This document shows, piece after piece, positions 8,373 through 17,588 of a DNA stretch of 23,071 nt. The notes below the pieces were generated by a model. That model was not told where the DNA came from, ran no database searches, and worked only from the letters and a program-made list of their open reading frames with translations. The DNA is from an uncultured bacterium (GTDB lineage Bacteria; Hydrogenedentota; Hydrogenedentia; Hydrogenedentales; JAEUWI01). The stretch is taken from contig CAXBPH010000092.1 of the NCBI GenBank assembly GCA_963977445.1, positions 1 through 23,071 on the forward strand. The letters are read 5' to 3'. The first letter of the stretch is position 1. Each line of letters opens with the position of its first letter. Both the position numbers and the translations under genes were made by a program.

Positions 8373-9023
8373 ATGGCCAAGACTATTTCTAAAACCCAAC
8401 AGCCTACCATGCTTTACTTCGCCCGGGATCTTCCCAATATCTGCTCCCTTGCAGGACTGGTATGTGCCGTACTCGGTATCTGGCAAGCCATTCTGGGGAA
8501 TTTCCCACTTGCCATAATTGGAATTCTGTGGGCGGTTCTTTTCGACTGGGCCGACGGAATCATAGCCCGCGGGATGACGCAGCGAACGAAGCACCAACGG
8601 GCTTTTGGGGGTCAACTGGACTCGCTGATCGACATGGTGAGTTTTGGCGTATTCCCAGCCATTTTTCTCTTGAGCTATAGCGGATACAATCCCTGGTTTC
8701 TGCCGGGTGCACTTCTGATCGTCGTGGCCAGCGCAATACGCCTGAGCTACTTCAACGTTTTCGGAATGAATGCCGACAAGACCTATACCGGGCTGGCGCT
8801 GGACATGAACGCACTTATTCTTGCGTACGTGTATTTATTTGAAGGCTTTATCGGACACACTATTTATTCGATACTCCTCTATATCCTTTTGGTGGCGCTG
8901 CTACTATTAAATCTGGCTAGTATACGAACTCCTAAGCTTGCCGGAAACTGGTTTTATGTCCTCATCGGCTACACCGTTATCCTAACGGGGATCTACACCT
9001 ATATTTTCCTGAAAAACGCCTGA
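8373..9023 (+). CDS. CDP-alcohol phosphatidyltransferase family protein (PssA class II-like)
   Basis: LPNICSL, signature DWADGIIAR...FGGQLDSLIDMVSFG, IRLSYFNV; multiple TM helices; 6 bp after the NTP transferase; visibly AT-richer 3' half. Confidence 0.9.
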   Translation: MAKTISKTQQPTMLYFARDLPNICSLAGLVCAVLGIWQAILGNFPLAIIGILWAVLFDWADGIIARGMTQRTKHQRAFGGQLDSLIDMVSFGVFPAIFLLSYSGYNPWFLPGALLIVVASAIRLSYFNVFGMNADKTYTGLALDMNALILAYVYLFEGFIGHTIYSILLYILLVALLLLNLASIRTPKLAGNWFYVLIGYTVILTGIYTYIFLKNA

Positions 9024-9118
9024 CAGGACCACTTGGGAACTGCCTTAACCCGGTAGCTTCCTATCGACCGGGAGATTGTCGCCCTATCGATATCCCGAGA
9101 TGGAGTGGCCACGGTTCG

Positions 9119-9301
9119 CCCAATTCGTGAGGCTGTACCGGCAGTAGTGGTGAATCTACGCCCCGCGCTGAACGCCAAGTCACCCCCTACTGCCGGTACG
9201 GTCTCCGCCTGCGACCCATCTGCAACCTTATCCGCCTGGAGCGGATAAGATGACAGACCCGCTGAAGCGTGAACTCCCCGTACGCCGAGGCAGCGACCAC
9301 C
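9119..9301 (+). repeat. 183-bp hairpin-rich direct repeat, copy 2 (intact stems)
   Basis: Stem GAGGCTGTACCGGCAGTAG / CTACTGCCGGTACGGTCTC (19 bp, two G-U) and stem CTTATCCGC / GCGGATAAG; homologous to 6471-6653. Confidence 0.9.
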
Positions 9302-9587
9302 GATTGGCTCGCTGGCGGCTGGTTCTCAAACACGGCAAACCCGCCACGCCGCGTCATGCCCCCCTTTCAATTACCAACGCTGAATTACCCCACCTGCCAG
9401 CAACGACCCAAAACCTCGATTCCAGCGAATTGTATTGCCGACCATTTACCTTTAAAATAATGGTAGTCAAGTTTTCCGCGACATTCGCCCAGGCCGCCTC
9501 ACTGGTCTGGCGTAGGACGTGCCCGATGAATCTGGTCGCCGCGCGCCGTCGCAGTAACGCTAACCCACCTGGTAGTGAAAAACGCAT

Positions 9588-12437
9588 ATGATCAATCGTC
9601 TCACCACATCCCATCTCTTTGGTATCGTTGCCGCCCCCGTGGTCTTTCTCCTGGGCACAGCATGGGCCGATACATCTTCGCCCCAACGTGCAGACACGAT
9701 TCCCGCACCCGACTTCGCGCGCGAGGTCCTGCCTATTTTGTCAGACAAGTGTTACGTCTGCCATGGGCCCGATGCGAAAAAGAATCAAATCAAATTCACC
9801 ACCTATGCAGAAGCCACGACGGACCACGATGGCACCAAGCCCATCGACCCCTCGGATCTGACCAAGAGTGAAATTCTGTCGCGCATCCACAACACGACGG
9901 ATCCCATGCCCCCCGTCGATGCGGAACGGCAACTCAATGATGCCGAGCGGGATATCTTGTCGCGTTGGGTGAAATCCGGTGGAGAATACGCCCAACACTG
10001 GGCGTATGTGCCCCCGGTGAAGTCTACCGACTACAACAGCATCGACGCATTCATCACCGCGAAGCTCCAACCCCTGGGTGCGACCCTGGCAGCAGAGGCC
10101 GACAAGGCCACCCTGGCCCGCCGGGCGGCACTCATCCTCACGGGCTTGCCCCCCGAGCCGGAAGTCTTAAATCTATACCTCGCCGATACCGGGGCCGACG
10201 CCTTTGAGCATCTCGTAGACACCTTGATGACGAGTCCACGCTATGGGGAACATCAGGCGCGCTACTGGCTCGATGCGGTGCGTTATGGCGACACCCATGG
10301 CCTCCATCTGGACAACCGCCGGGGCATCTACCCCTACCGCGACTGGGTCATCCGTGCCATAAACGAAAACCTGCCGATGGACGACTTTATCACGTGGCAA
10401 ATCGCCGGCGACCTCCTCCCCAACCCGACCCTGGAGCAGCAGGTTGCCACGGGCTATGTCCGGTTGAATCCCAGGGGCGCGATCCCCGAGGAATTCCAGG
10501 CGAAAAACAATTTTGACCGGGTGGAGACCCTCGGCACGACCTTCCTGGGCATGAGCCTCCTGTGCGCCCGATGCCACACCCACAAATACGACCCCGTGCC
10601 CCATGAGGAATATTACCGCCTTATGGCCTTCTTCAACAGCACGGCCGAATCCCCCATGGACGGCAACAGCTATGACTATGCCCCCAACGTCCTCGCACCG
10701 GGCAACGTGGCCGATTGGGATCGCTTCCACAAGCTGAAATCCATTGTCGAGACCGACCCCGGTCCGCCCTTCACCGCGCCGGAGAAAACGCTGACCCCGC
10801 TCCAGTTCAGCGCGGTGGAAACCAAAATCGAAGTCTCCCATGACGTGCTGGAAGACCAATCCGTCGCGATTGATACCGAGCGCTTCACCTACCTCCTCAC
10901 CAGCGACTCCTTCCATGGTACGCTGGAAGGATTCCAACTGGATGTCATTCCCGATGAGCGGGTAATAGGGCCAGTTGGAACGGTGATGGAACCGGAAAAA
11001 CGTGACCGCCTTCTCCGTCAGGTCAAGGTGACGATTACCGTGCCCGATACGGAGCCCCGCGAGTTGGTCTTCCGCACAGCGACGACAGGCTTTTCCGAGG
11101 AAGACCATCGCATCGACGGCCTCATCGCACCGACACCAAGCGACGGCTGGAAGGTAGCGAACGCGCCGGACACACCCCAGCAGTTGCTACTCATCCTGAA
11201 ACACGAGGAAACCATCCCCGAAGGGGCGACCCTCGCCTTTGAACTTATCCACGACGACCCGGAACATCAATTGGGCCGCTTCAAACTTTCTGCGGCGGAC
11301 AAGGTAATTGACCGTGGCCCACGGGGCCAGTTGATCTCCATCAAAGACAGTTTCACCACCACTCTGATCGCCCAGGAAGGGGAGCACCGCGACACCTTCG
11401 TGTTGGAGCGGGGCGAATACAATCTGCCTATCGGCGAGCCTCTGAACCCCGGCGTCATCTCTGTCGCAGGCCCCCTGCCCGAAGGTGCCCCGCAGAATCG
11501 CCTCGGCCTGGCCCAGTGGCTCACGTCGCCCGATCAACCCCTGGTCGCGCGGGTTCTCGTCAATCGCATGTGGCAACAGGTCTTTGGCTATGGCCTGGTG
11601 CGCACCCCGGAAGAGTTTGGCCTGCAGGGCGATCAGCCGAGCCACCCGGAATTGCTGGATTGGCTCGCCATCACTCTCCATGAGTCTGGCTGGGATAGAC
11701 GGGCCATGCTGAAACGCATGGTCATGAGCCAAACCTTCCGCCAGTCGTCCCGCTTTCGCGACGACGTGAGCGACCCGGAAAATAATCTCTTCGCGCGGGG
11801 CCCAAGCTTCCGCCTGGATGCCGAAGTGCTCCGCGATCAAAACCTCTGGGTCAGTGGACTCCTCGACCCCACCATGGGCGGTGAAGGGGTCAAACCCTAT
11901 CAACCCGCGGGCATGTGGTTTGCCCTCGCCCACCCCGGCAGCAACACCAAAAATTATGTAGCCGACGAAGGGCCGCGACTCTACCGCCGCAGCCTCTATG
12001 TCTATTGGAAGCGGACCAGTCCCCACCCCATGATGACCCTCTTCGACGCGCCCAACCGGGAGACCAGTTGCGTGCGCCGTTCCCGATCCAACACCCCCCT
12101 CCAGTCCCTGGCCCTCTTCAACGAGACCCAGCGGGTGGAAACGGCCCGAATGTTGGCCGAGCGCCTTTTGAAAGAAGCTGACAGCAATGAGCATCGGCTC
12201 GATCTTTTGTTCCAGTTGCTCACGTGCCAGCCCCCCTCCGACGTGGAAGCCTCGGCGTGCAATGGCTTGCTGGAATCCATGCTGGCCCGTTATCAGGCCG
12301 CCCCGGAAGATGCGAAGCACTTGTTGGCCATCGGCGAGATGCCCCGGGACGAGTCCCTGGACCTGGCCCAACACGCCGCATGGACCCAGGTCGCCACCAC
12401 ACTCCTGGCCAGCGACCGGGCCCTGTTGTTGTATTGA
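9588..12437 (+). CDS. Planctomycete-type cytochrome c protein (PSCyt1 + DUF1549/PSCyt2 + DUF1553/PSD1), 949 aa, secreted
   Basis: Signal peptide; heme motifs CYVCH and CARCH; WLDAVRYGDTHG, RVLVNRMWQQVFGYGLV, PSHPELLDWLA, RRSLY, FDAPNRE and NTPLQSL motifs. Confidence 0.93.
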   Translation: MINRLTTSHLFGIVAAPVVFLLGTAWADTSSPQRADTIPAPDFAREVLPILSDKCYVCHGPDAKKNQIKFTTYAEATTDHDGTKPIDPSDLTKSEILSRIHNTTDPMPPVDAERQLNDAERDILSRWVKSGGEYAQHWAYVPPVKSTDYNSIDAFITAKLQPLGATLAAEADKATLARRAALILTGLPPEPEVLNLYLADTGADAFEHLVDTLMTSPRYGEHQARYWLDAVRYGDTHGLHLDNRRGIYPYRDWVIRAINENLPMDDFITWQIAGDLLPNPTLEQQVATGYVRLNPRGAIPEEFQAKNNFDRVETLGTTFLGMSLLCARCHTHKYDPVPHEEYYRLMAFFNSTAESPMDGNSYDYAPNVLAPGNVADWDRFHKLKSIVETDPGPPFTAPEKTLTPLQFSAVETKIEVSHDVLEDQSVAIDTERFTYLLTSDSFHGTLEGFQLDVIPDERVIGPVGTVMEPEKRDRLLRQVKVTITVPDTEPRELVFRTATTGFSEEDHRIDGLIAPTPSDGWKVANAPDTPQQLLLILKHEETIPEGATLAFELIHDDPEHQLGRFKLSAADKVIDRGPRGQLISIKDSFTTTLIAQEGEHRDTFVLERGEYNLPIGEPLNPGVISVAGPLPEGAPQNRLGLAQWLTSPDQPLVARVLVNRMWQQVFGYGLVRTPEEFGLQGDQPSHPELLDWLAITLHESGWDRRAMLKRMVMSQTFRQSSRFRDDVSDPENNLFARGPSFRLDAEVLRDQNLWVSGLLDPTMGGEGVKPYQPAGMWFALAHPGSNTKNYVADEGPRLYRRSLYVYWKRTSPHPMMTLFDAPNRETSCVRRSRSNTPLQSLALFNETQRVETARMLAERLLKEADSNEHRLDLLFQLLTCQPPSDVEASACNGLLESMLARYQAAPEDAKHLLAIGEMPRDESLDLAQHAAWTQVATTLLASDRALLLY

Positions 12438-12482
12438 GATTTGGCACCATGTAAAACAGGAAATCTGTTATAGAACTCCCAC

Positions 12483-12648
12483 GGGTGCCACCTATACCGA
12501 CGCGAGGTTGGAAGCCCGCCGCAAGCGGGAACGAGCGACCTTATGGGTGCGCGTTCGGGCATAGATGAATGTACATTCGAACATTTTATACCGGTGCACC
12601 CGCACCCACAAGCTTGCGGGGAACCCGCGACGCGTGTAGGTGGCACCC
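12483..12648. repeat. Long imperfect inverted repeat (REPIN/MITE-like) between the cytochrome and DUF1501 genes
   Basis: GGGTGCCACCTA (12483-12494) / TAGGTGGCACCC (12637-12648); inner arms CCGCAAGC/GCTTGCGG and TGGGTGCG/CGCACCCA; central palindrome GAATGTACATTC. Confidence 0.75.
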
Positions 12649-12717
12649 TTGCCGTCTTCGTGTTCGTACCAGATATTTACCAAAAATAACGACGGTTTTC
12701 AGCAAAGGAACTACACC

Positions 12718-14235
12718 GTGTCAGAAAATCCACAACGCGAAAACGACCTTCAGATCACCCGGCGCCACTTCTTTGGCAAGACGTCCCTCGGCCTTGGCAC
12801 CGCCGCCATGGCGTCCCTCCTGGGCTCCAACCTGCTGAGCGATACAGCCGCTGCCTCCTCCGAGGCCCTGCTGGCCGGGGGCACCCACCACGTACCCAAG
12901 GCGAAGCGGGTCATCTATCTCTTCATGAGTGGCGGACCCAGCCACCATGACCTGTGGGATTACAAGCCGAAAATGCGTGACATGTTTGGCCAGGACCTGC
13001 CGGAGCACATCCGCAACGGCCAGCGCATTACGGGCATGACCTCCGGCCAGAAAACCCTGCCGGTGTGTCCCAGTAAATATGAATTCACCCACTGCGAAAA
13101 CAACGACAAGGGCGTCTGGGTCAGTGAGCTTCTCCCCCACACCGCCAAGGTCGCCAAAGAGCTCTGCGTCATTCACAGCACCTACACCGACGCCATCAAC
13201 CACGACCCCGCCATCACGTTCATTCAAACGGGCAGCCAGGTGCCGGGACGTCCCAGTCTGGGCGCGTGGTTGAGCTATGGCCTGGGCAGTGGCAACAAAG
13301 ATCTGCCCAGCTACGTGGTGATGCACGCCAAAACCAGCTTCGCCGAGCAGAGTCTCTTCGGACGGCTCTGGGGCAGCGGCTTCCTGCCTTCCGATCACCA
13401 GGGCGTACTCTTGCGCGGCCAGGAAGACGCCGTGCTCTATCTCAACAACCCGAGCGGCGTATCCCGCTCTGACCGACGGGAACAACTCAACGCCCTCGAC
13501 GCCATCAACCAGGCCCACTTCAACGAATTCGGTGATCCCGAAGTCCTGTCGCGCATTAAACAACACGAAATGGCCTACCGCATGCAGACGGCCGTGCCCG
13601 AACTCATGGACATCTCCGACGAACCGGAAGCCACCTTTGATCTCTACGGGGAAGACGCCCGGGAGCCCGGAACCTTCGCCGCGTCCTGCCTCAATGCCCG
13701 ACGACTCGCCGAGCGGGGGGTCCGTAACATCCAGATTTTCCACCGCGGCTGGGACGCCCACGGCAGCTTGCCCAAAGAGCATGAATCTCAGTGCAAGGAT
13801 GTGGACCAGGGCTGCGCTGCACTCATTGCCGATCTCAAACAGCGCGGCATGTTGGAAGACACCCTCGTGGTCTGGGGCGGGGAATTCGGCCGCACGGCCT
13901 ATTGTCAGGGCGGACTCACGGCGGAGAATTACGGCCGCGACCACCACCCCCGGTGCTTCACTGTGTGGATGGCCGGCGGCGGCGTGAAGCCCGGCATCAC
14001 CTACGGCCAGACCGACGACTTCGGTTACAACATCGTCGACGCCGACGGCAACCCCATGAACCCCCAGCCCGACAAGAGCGTGTTCACCCCCGGTGCCATG
14101 CACATCCACGATTTGAACGCGACCATCTTGCACCTGCTCGGCATCGACCACAAGAAGCTGACCTACCGCTATCAGGGCCGCGATTTCCGCCTGACTGATG
14201 TGCACGGGCACGTGGTGCACGATATTATTGCGTGA
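12718..14235 (+). CDS. DUF1501 domain protein (alkaline phosphatase/sulfatase-like fold), Tat-exported
   Basis: Likely start GTG 12718 after an [16 protein letters not shown] Tat motif; [29 protein letters not shown] and GRDHHP motifs; usual partner of DUF1549/DUF1553 genes. Confidence 0.93.
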   Translation: MSENPQRENDLQITRRHFFGKTSLGLGTAAMASLLGSNLLSDTAAASSEALLAGGTHHVPKAKRVIYLFMSGGPSHHDLWDYKPKMRDMFGQDLPEHIRNGQRITGMTSGQKTLPVCPSKYEFTHCENNDKGVWVSELLPHTAKVAKELCVIHSTYTDAINHDPAITFIQTGSQVPGRPSLGAWLSYGLGSGNKDLPSYVVMHAKTSFAEQSLFGRLWGSGFLPSDHQGVLLRGQEDAVLYLNNPSGVSRSDRREQLNALDAINQAHFNEFGDPEVLSRIKQHEMAYRMQTAVPELMDISDEPEATFDLYGEDAREPGTFAASCLNARRLAERGVRNIQIFHRGWDAHGSLPKEHESQCKDVDQGCAALIADLKQRGMLEDTLVVWGGEFGRTAYCQGGLTAENYGRDHHPRCFTVWMAGGGVKPGITYGQTDDFGYNIVDADGNPMNPQPDKSVFTPGAMHIHDLNATILHLLGIDHKKLTYRYQGRDFRLTDVHGHVVHDIIA

Positions 14236-14287
14236 ATGGCCGCATCGAAATTGAACCACTAAAGGAAAAAGATTGGTCGTGTCCAAC

Positions 14288-14468
14288 AGGGGGTTGACCA
14301 TTCCTGGTCGACATAAGGCCCACGTCAGGCTCACGGGGCACGTGATGTTGTTCAGGTGATGTGAAGTTCCGAGCGCCATTCTTTGGCACTTCCCGCCATT
14401 CGCCATGAGCGGAAGGGGACGCGAAAATTACCGTGTCTTTTGTGTCGACCAGGAATGGTCAACCCCCT
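14288..14468. repeat. REP doublet (REPIN-like): perfect 26-bp inverted arms between convergent genes
   Basis: AGGGGGTTGACCATTCCTGGTCGACA (14288-14313) / TGTCGACCAGGAATGGTCAACCCCCT (14443-14468); each arm is itself a hairpin. Confidence 0.9.
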
Positions 14469-14710
14469 TTGCTTTTCGGCGTTTTGCATGGGCTATCTTG
14501 TTTTCTATTTTGCATTTTTTCATCCGTGGTCAGAATTCGAAATCTCTCCAGCCCTGATTTGCGAATGTATCCTTAAGAATGACAAGGCGATACAAACTCT
14601 TGCGATCTATTTTCTTGCTCAAAAAAACAATAACATGCCTGATAGTAGTACGAATCCACACGAATCGTCGTGCCGATAGCCCGTTACGCTTCGGATTGAA
14701 GAAGGCTTCC

Positions 14711-15838
14711 CTATTCCGCCAATGAGACTAACCTCATGATGGGCAAGAGCAAACCGGCATAGACGAGGAAGACAATCGCGCCGTTAAGACAGACGATGAG
14801 TGGCATACCGATTTCCAGGGCCAATCGCATAAAGGTCTGGTTTTGCGTCCGGTAACGTGCCGCTATCTGGAGAAGGGCCTCGGGCAAGTGGCCACTGGAT
14901 TCGCCGAGGGCAACCCACGTCCGGAAGGAGGCGGGCAACAACCAACGTTCCTTTTCCATGCTTTCGGTGAGGCTTTCCCCATCTTCCACGGCGTATGCCA
15001 AGCGCAGTAGACCGTCTGAAAATACGGAGGACCTACTCGACGACGCCGCGCTACGAAGGGCCCGTGGCAACGGTGCACCCGCCCGCAGCAGGCGCCCCAG
15101 GATCGATGCGATCCCAGCGAGGTGGCGCTTTCGGGCAATCGACCCCAGTGCGGGCACCCACGCGGTGAGCATCGCAATATCTCGTGCCAAAAGGCCGCCC
15201 GCAATGAAAGAATATTCGGTTGCGAGCCAGAGTGTGGGCAAAGCAAAAGCCAACAACAACAACACCCAGGTAATGCCGTATTCGTGCATTGCGATGGCCC
15301 ACGCGCTGATCGTTGGGAGGGCCATTCCCAACTGCGCGATAATTGCTACAATCTGTGGGGCCACAAAGGTCATTGTCCCCGCGACGCAAACCACAGGAAT
15401 AAAGAGGCTTCCCCCGATGAGCCACAGCCTCAGGAAAACATTTTGACGCCACGCGAGGCCTTCGGCGATTTCCTCCCGTAGCTCTTCCAAGGCCCCCTCC
15501 AGATCAGCGCTCTCTTCGCCCGCCCGAACGAGATCCACACAGAACTTTGGAAAAAAATCGCAGCGATTTTCCATGGCTTCATGAAGGGTCACTCCACCCT
15601 GAAGCTCCCGATGAAGCCAATAGAAAATGTGCCAGAGCACCTTGTTGGGCGCACCCTGGCTGAGCTCAAGGAGTCCGTCGGAGAGCGGCATACGGGCCGC
15701 CACCAGCCCATGGATCGCTTGTATGACCGCCAATAAATCCCGCCACCGGGAGATGAGCCGGAAGCGCACGGGGAGCCGGTCCGGTGGGATGTCGTAGACT
15801 TCCTCCGCTTCGGCATGATCGATTTGCCCTATAGCCAT
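14711..15838 (-). CDS. Type II secretion / type IV pilus platform protein, GspF/PilC family (divergent second copy)
   Basis: Two T2SSF repeats (LVRAGEESADLEGAL; WVALGESSGHLPEAL) with three TM segments and C-terminal LLPIMRL. Confidence 0.88.
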   Translation of the reverse strand: MAIGQIDHAEAEEVYDIPPDRLPVRFRLISRWRDLLAVIQAIHGLVAARMPLSDGLLELSQGAPNKVLWHIFYWLHRELQGGVTLHEAMENRCDFFPKFCVDLVRAGEESADLEGALEELREEIAEGLAWRQNVFLRLWLIGGSLFIPVVCVAGTMTFVAPQIVAIIAQLGMALPTISAWAIAMHEYGITWVLLLLAFALPTLWLATEYSFIAGGLLARDIAMLTAWVPALGSIARKRHLAGIASILGRLLRAGAPLPRALRSAASSSRSSVFSDGLLRLAYAVEDGESLTESMEKERWLLPASFRTWVALGESSGHLPEALLQIAARYRTQNQTFMRLALEIGMPLIVCLNGAIVFLVYAGLLLPIMRLVSLAE

Positions 15839-15847
15839 TGAAGTCCC

Positions 15848-17062
15848 CTAGTTTAAAGCGCTCGAAATTTGGAAGATGGGCAAGAAACAGGCAACCACCA
15901 CGATGCCGATGAGAATGCCGAACAGGGTCACCAGCGCCGGGCCCAGGGTGGACAGGGTGACCAACTGACGATTACTGGCATCCCGGTCACACAAATCGGC
16001 CAGACGAATCAGTGCGGTGGGAAAATCCCCTTGGGATTCACCCTGCTTGAGCATCCACAACTCCAGGCGCCGCAACATCCCGGTATCCCCAAGAGCTTCG
16101 CTCACGGGTTCGCCCTGGGCAACGCGGGTCGCAGCACGGACCGATGCCGACGCGAAACGGGTACTCCCCGTGGCCATGCCCGCGAGGTGGAGGGCCTCCA
16201 CGATGGGCGCGCCGTTCTCCAACATCATCCCCAGCGCGCGAAAGAACCGTGCGCTCAAGATTGCCTGGTAGGCACCGCCAACACCCGGAAATCGCAAGAG
16301 CAAGGCTTCCCAATAGCGTCGTCCCAAGCTGCCAAAGGACGCCCGACCTCCAAAAAACCAACTGAAGAGGGCAAGGGTTGCGACGAGGGCCAAGGCCGGG
16401 TAAACAACGGCCTCGATCCATTGTCCACAGACCAATACGGCCCCGGTAAACGCAGGCAAAGTGCCCCCGAAACTGTCGTATATAGACTCAAACTGGCTGA
16501 TGACCCGTGTCACAAAGAGTCCCATAAATAGTAGCAAAGCGACGACCAGAAATACGGGGTAGGCGACCGCCAGGAGTGTACGCTGTCGCAACCAGATGTG
16601 GCGTTCCCCATACTCGGCCAACTGCTGCAACACGCCCGGCAGATTTCCCGTGCGCTCCCCCACGCGAATCAGGTTGCGATAGAGGGCCGGAATGGCCTTT
16701 CCCTGTCGTTCGAATGCCTCCTCCAGCGTGCGGCCGCTTTCCACGGTATGGCGGACCTCCTCCAGCACCCTCCGCAGGCGTCGGCCACGCACCTCCCGGG
16801 CAAGCTCGGCCAGGGCCGGGGCCAGGGGCATGCCACTCCGGGTGAGCCCCGCCAACTGTTCGGTAAAGCAATTCAATTCTTCGACACCCAACGGGCGGTC
16901 CATCTTGTGGGGGCGCGTTTCTCGATCCCTCGGCGCGACGGTGTGAAGAAAAATGCCTGCCGTGCGCAGTTCCTGGGTAAGCAGATAGATGGATTCTGCC
17001 TCGGCTTCGCCCGAGACGAGATTTCCCGTCTGGCTCAACCCTTCATAGTCAAAGGTGGCCAT
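15848..17062 (-). CDS. pilC: Type II secretion / type IV pilus platform protein, GspF/PilC family
   Basis: MATFDYEGL...G.VSGEAEAES N-terminus, IRVGERTGNLPGVL, AYPVF, LPAFT, GESQGDF and FLPIFQIS motifs. Confidence 0.92.
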   Translation of the reverse strand: MATFDYEGLSQTGNLVSGEAEAESIYLLTQELRTAGIFLHTVAPRDRETRPHKMDRPLGVEELNCFTEQLAGLTRSGMPLAPALAELAREVRGRRLRRVLEEVRHTVESGRTLEEAFERQGKAIPALYRNLIRVGERTGNLPGVLQQLAEYGERHIWLRQRTLLAVAYPVFLVVALLLFMGLFVTRVISQFESIYDSFGGTLPAFTGAVLVCGQWIEAVVYPALALVATLALFSWFFGGRASFGSLGRRYWEALLLRFPGVGGAYQAILSARFFRALGMMLENGAPIVEALHLAGMATGSTRFASASVRAATRVAQGEPVSEALGDTGMLRRLELWMLKQGESQGDFPTALIRLADLCDRDASNRQLVTLSTLGPALVTLFGILIGIVVVACFLPIFQISSALN

Positions 17063-17588
17063 CGCGCTCCCCTTCCATCACGTCGGGCGGCAGTTCCCGC
17101 CACGAGAGAATTTGCCAGTCGGGCGTGCCCCCCCGCTTCCATACCGTCTCCAGGCGACGCTCCACGCCCCCGACTCGGGCCATCGCGAAGACGACCCACA
17201 CGTCATCGGGCAGGCCGTCGGGTTGTACGACAACCGTGAACCATTGGGTCTCCGGCGGACCGACCGCCGTCTTCGGCTGCACCTGGGGATCGTCAAAATG
17301 GGGCAAGGGTGGCCGACCCGTCGGGCCCCAGGAGAAGGTGCCCCCATAGCCTATCGTACCCGACCCGCCAGCCCGCAAGTCGGCCAGCGCGTGTGCCTGA
17401 GCGACTTCGGCAGCGGAAAAGGCCGCGGCGACATGGGAAGCCGATTCCGCCTGGCGCACGTGGGCAATGGAGCGGGTGCTCAGCATTAGAATCATGGAGA
17501 TGGCCGCGGCGGTAAAGGCGAGACAAAGAAGCAAGGCCGCACCACGGCGGGGTCTGTTATGGCGAAGGCGACTGGGCAACCTCATCAC
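17049..17588 (-). CDS. PilX/GspK-like minor pilin (short, 179 aa)
   Basis: RRG|AALLLCL class III-like signal lacking Glu5, followed by AAFSAAEVA (PilX-type A..AAE motif); ATGA overlap with the upstream gene. Confidence 0.75.
   Translation of the reverse strand: MMRLPSRLRHNRPRRGAALLLCLAFTAAAISMILMLSTRSIAHVRQAESASHVAAAFSAAEVAQAHALADLRAGGSGTIGYGGTFSWGPTGRPPLPHFDDPQVQPKTAVGPPETQWFTVVVQPDGLPDDVWVVFAMARVGGVERRLETVWKRGGTPDWQILSWRELPPDVMEGERDGHL

Noticed and set aside
6471..9301. Repeat pair as DGR template/variable repeats
   Set aside because: Mismatches are not confined to adenines of one copy, neither copy lies in a credible CDS, and there is no reverse transcriptase in the window.
6470..9301. 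Repeats as integron attC sites or a CRISPR array
   Set aside because: No matched RYYYAAC...GTTRRRY ends in both copies and no integrase. Only two long units, no repeat-spacer periodicity and no cas genes.
12721..14406. Long antisense ORFs (561 aa here; also 11187-12374, 10173-11108, 22240-22968)
   Set aside because: Shadow frames of high-GC3 genes on the opposite strand, with no recognisable motifs.
14383..14679. 98-aa ORF between DUF1501 and the platform gene
   Set aside because: Runs through a REP arm and low-complexity T-rich DNA; atypical codons and no RBS.
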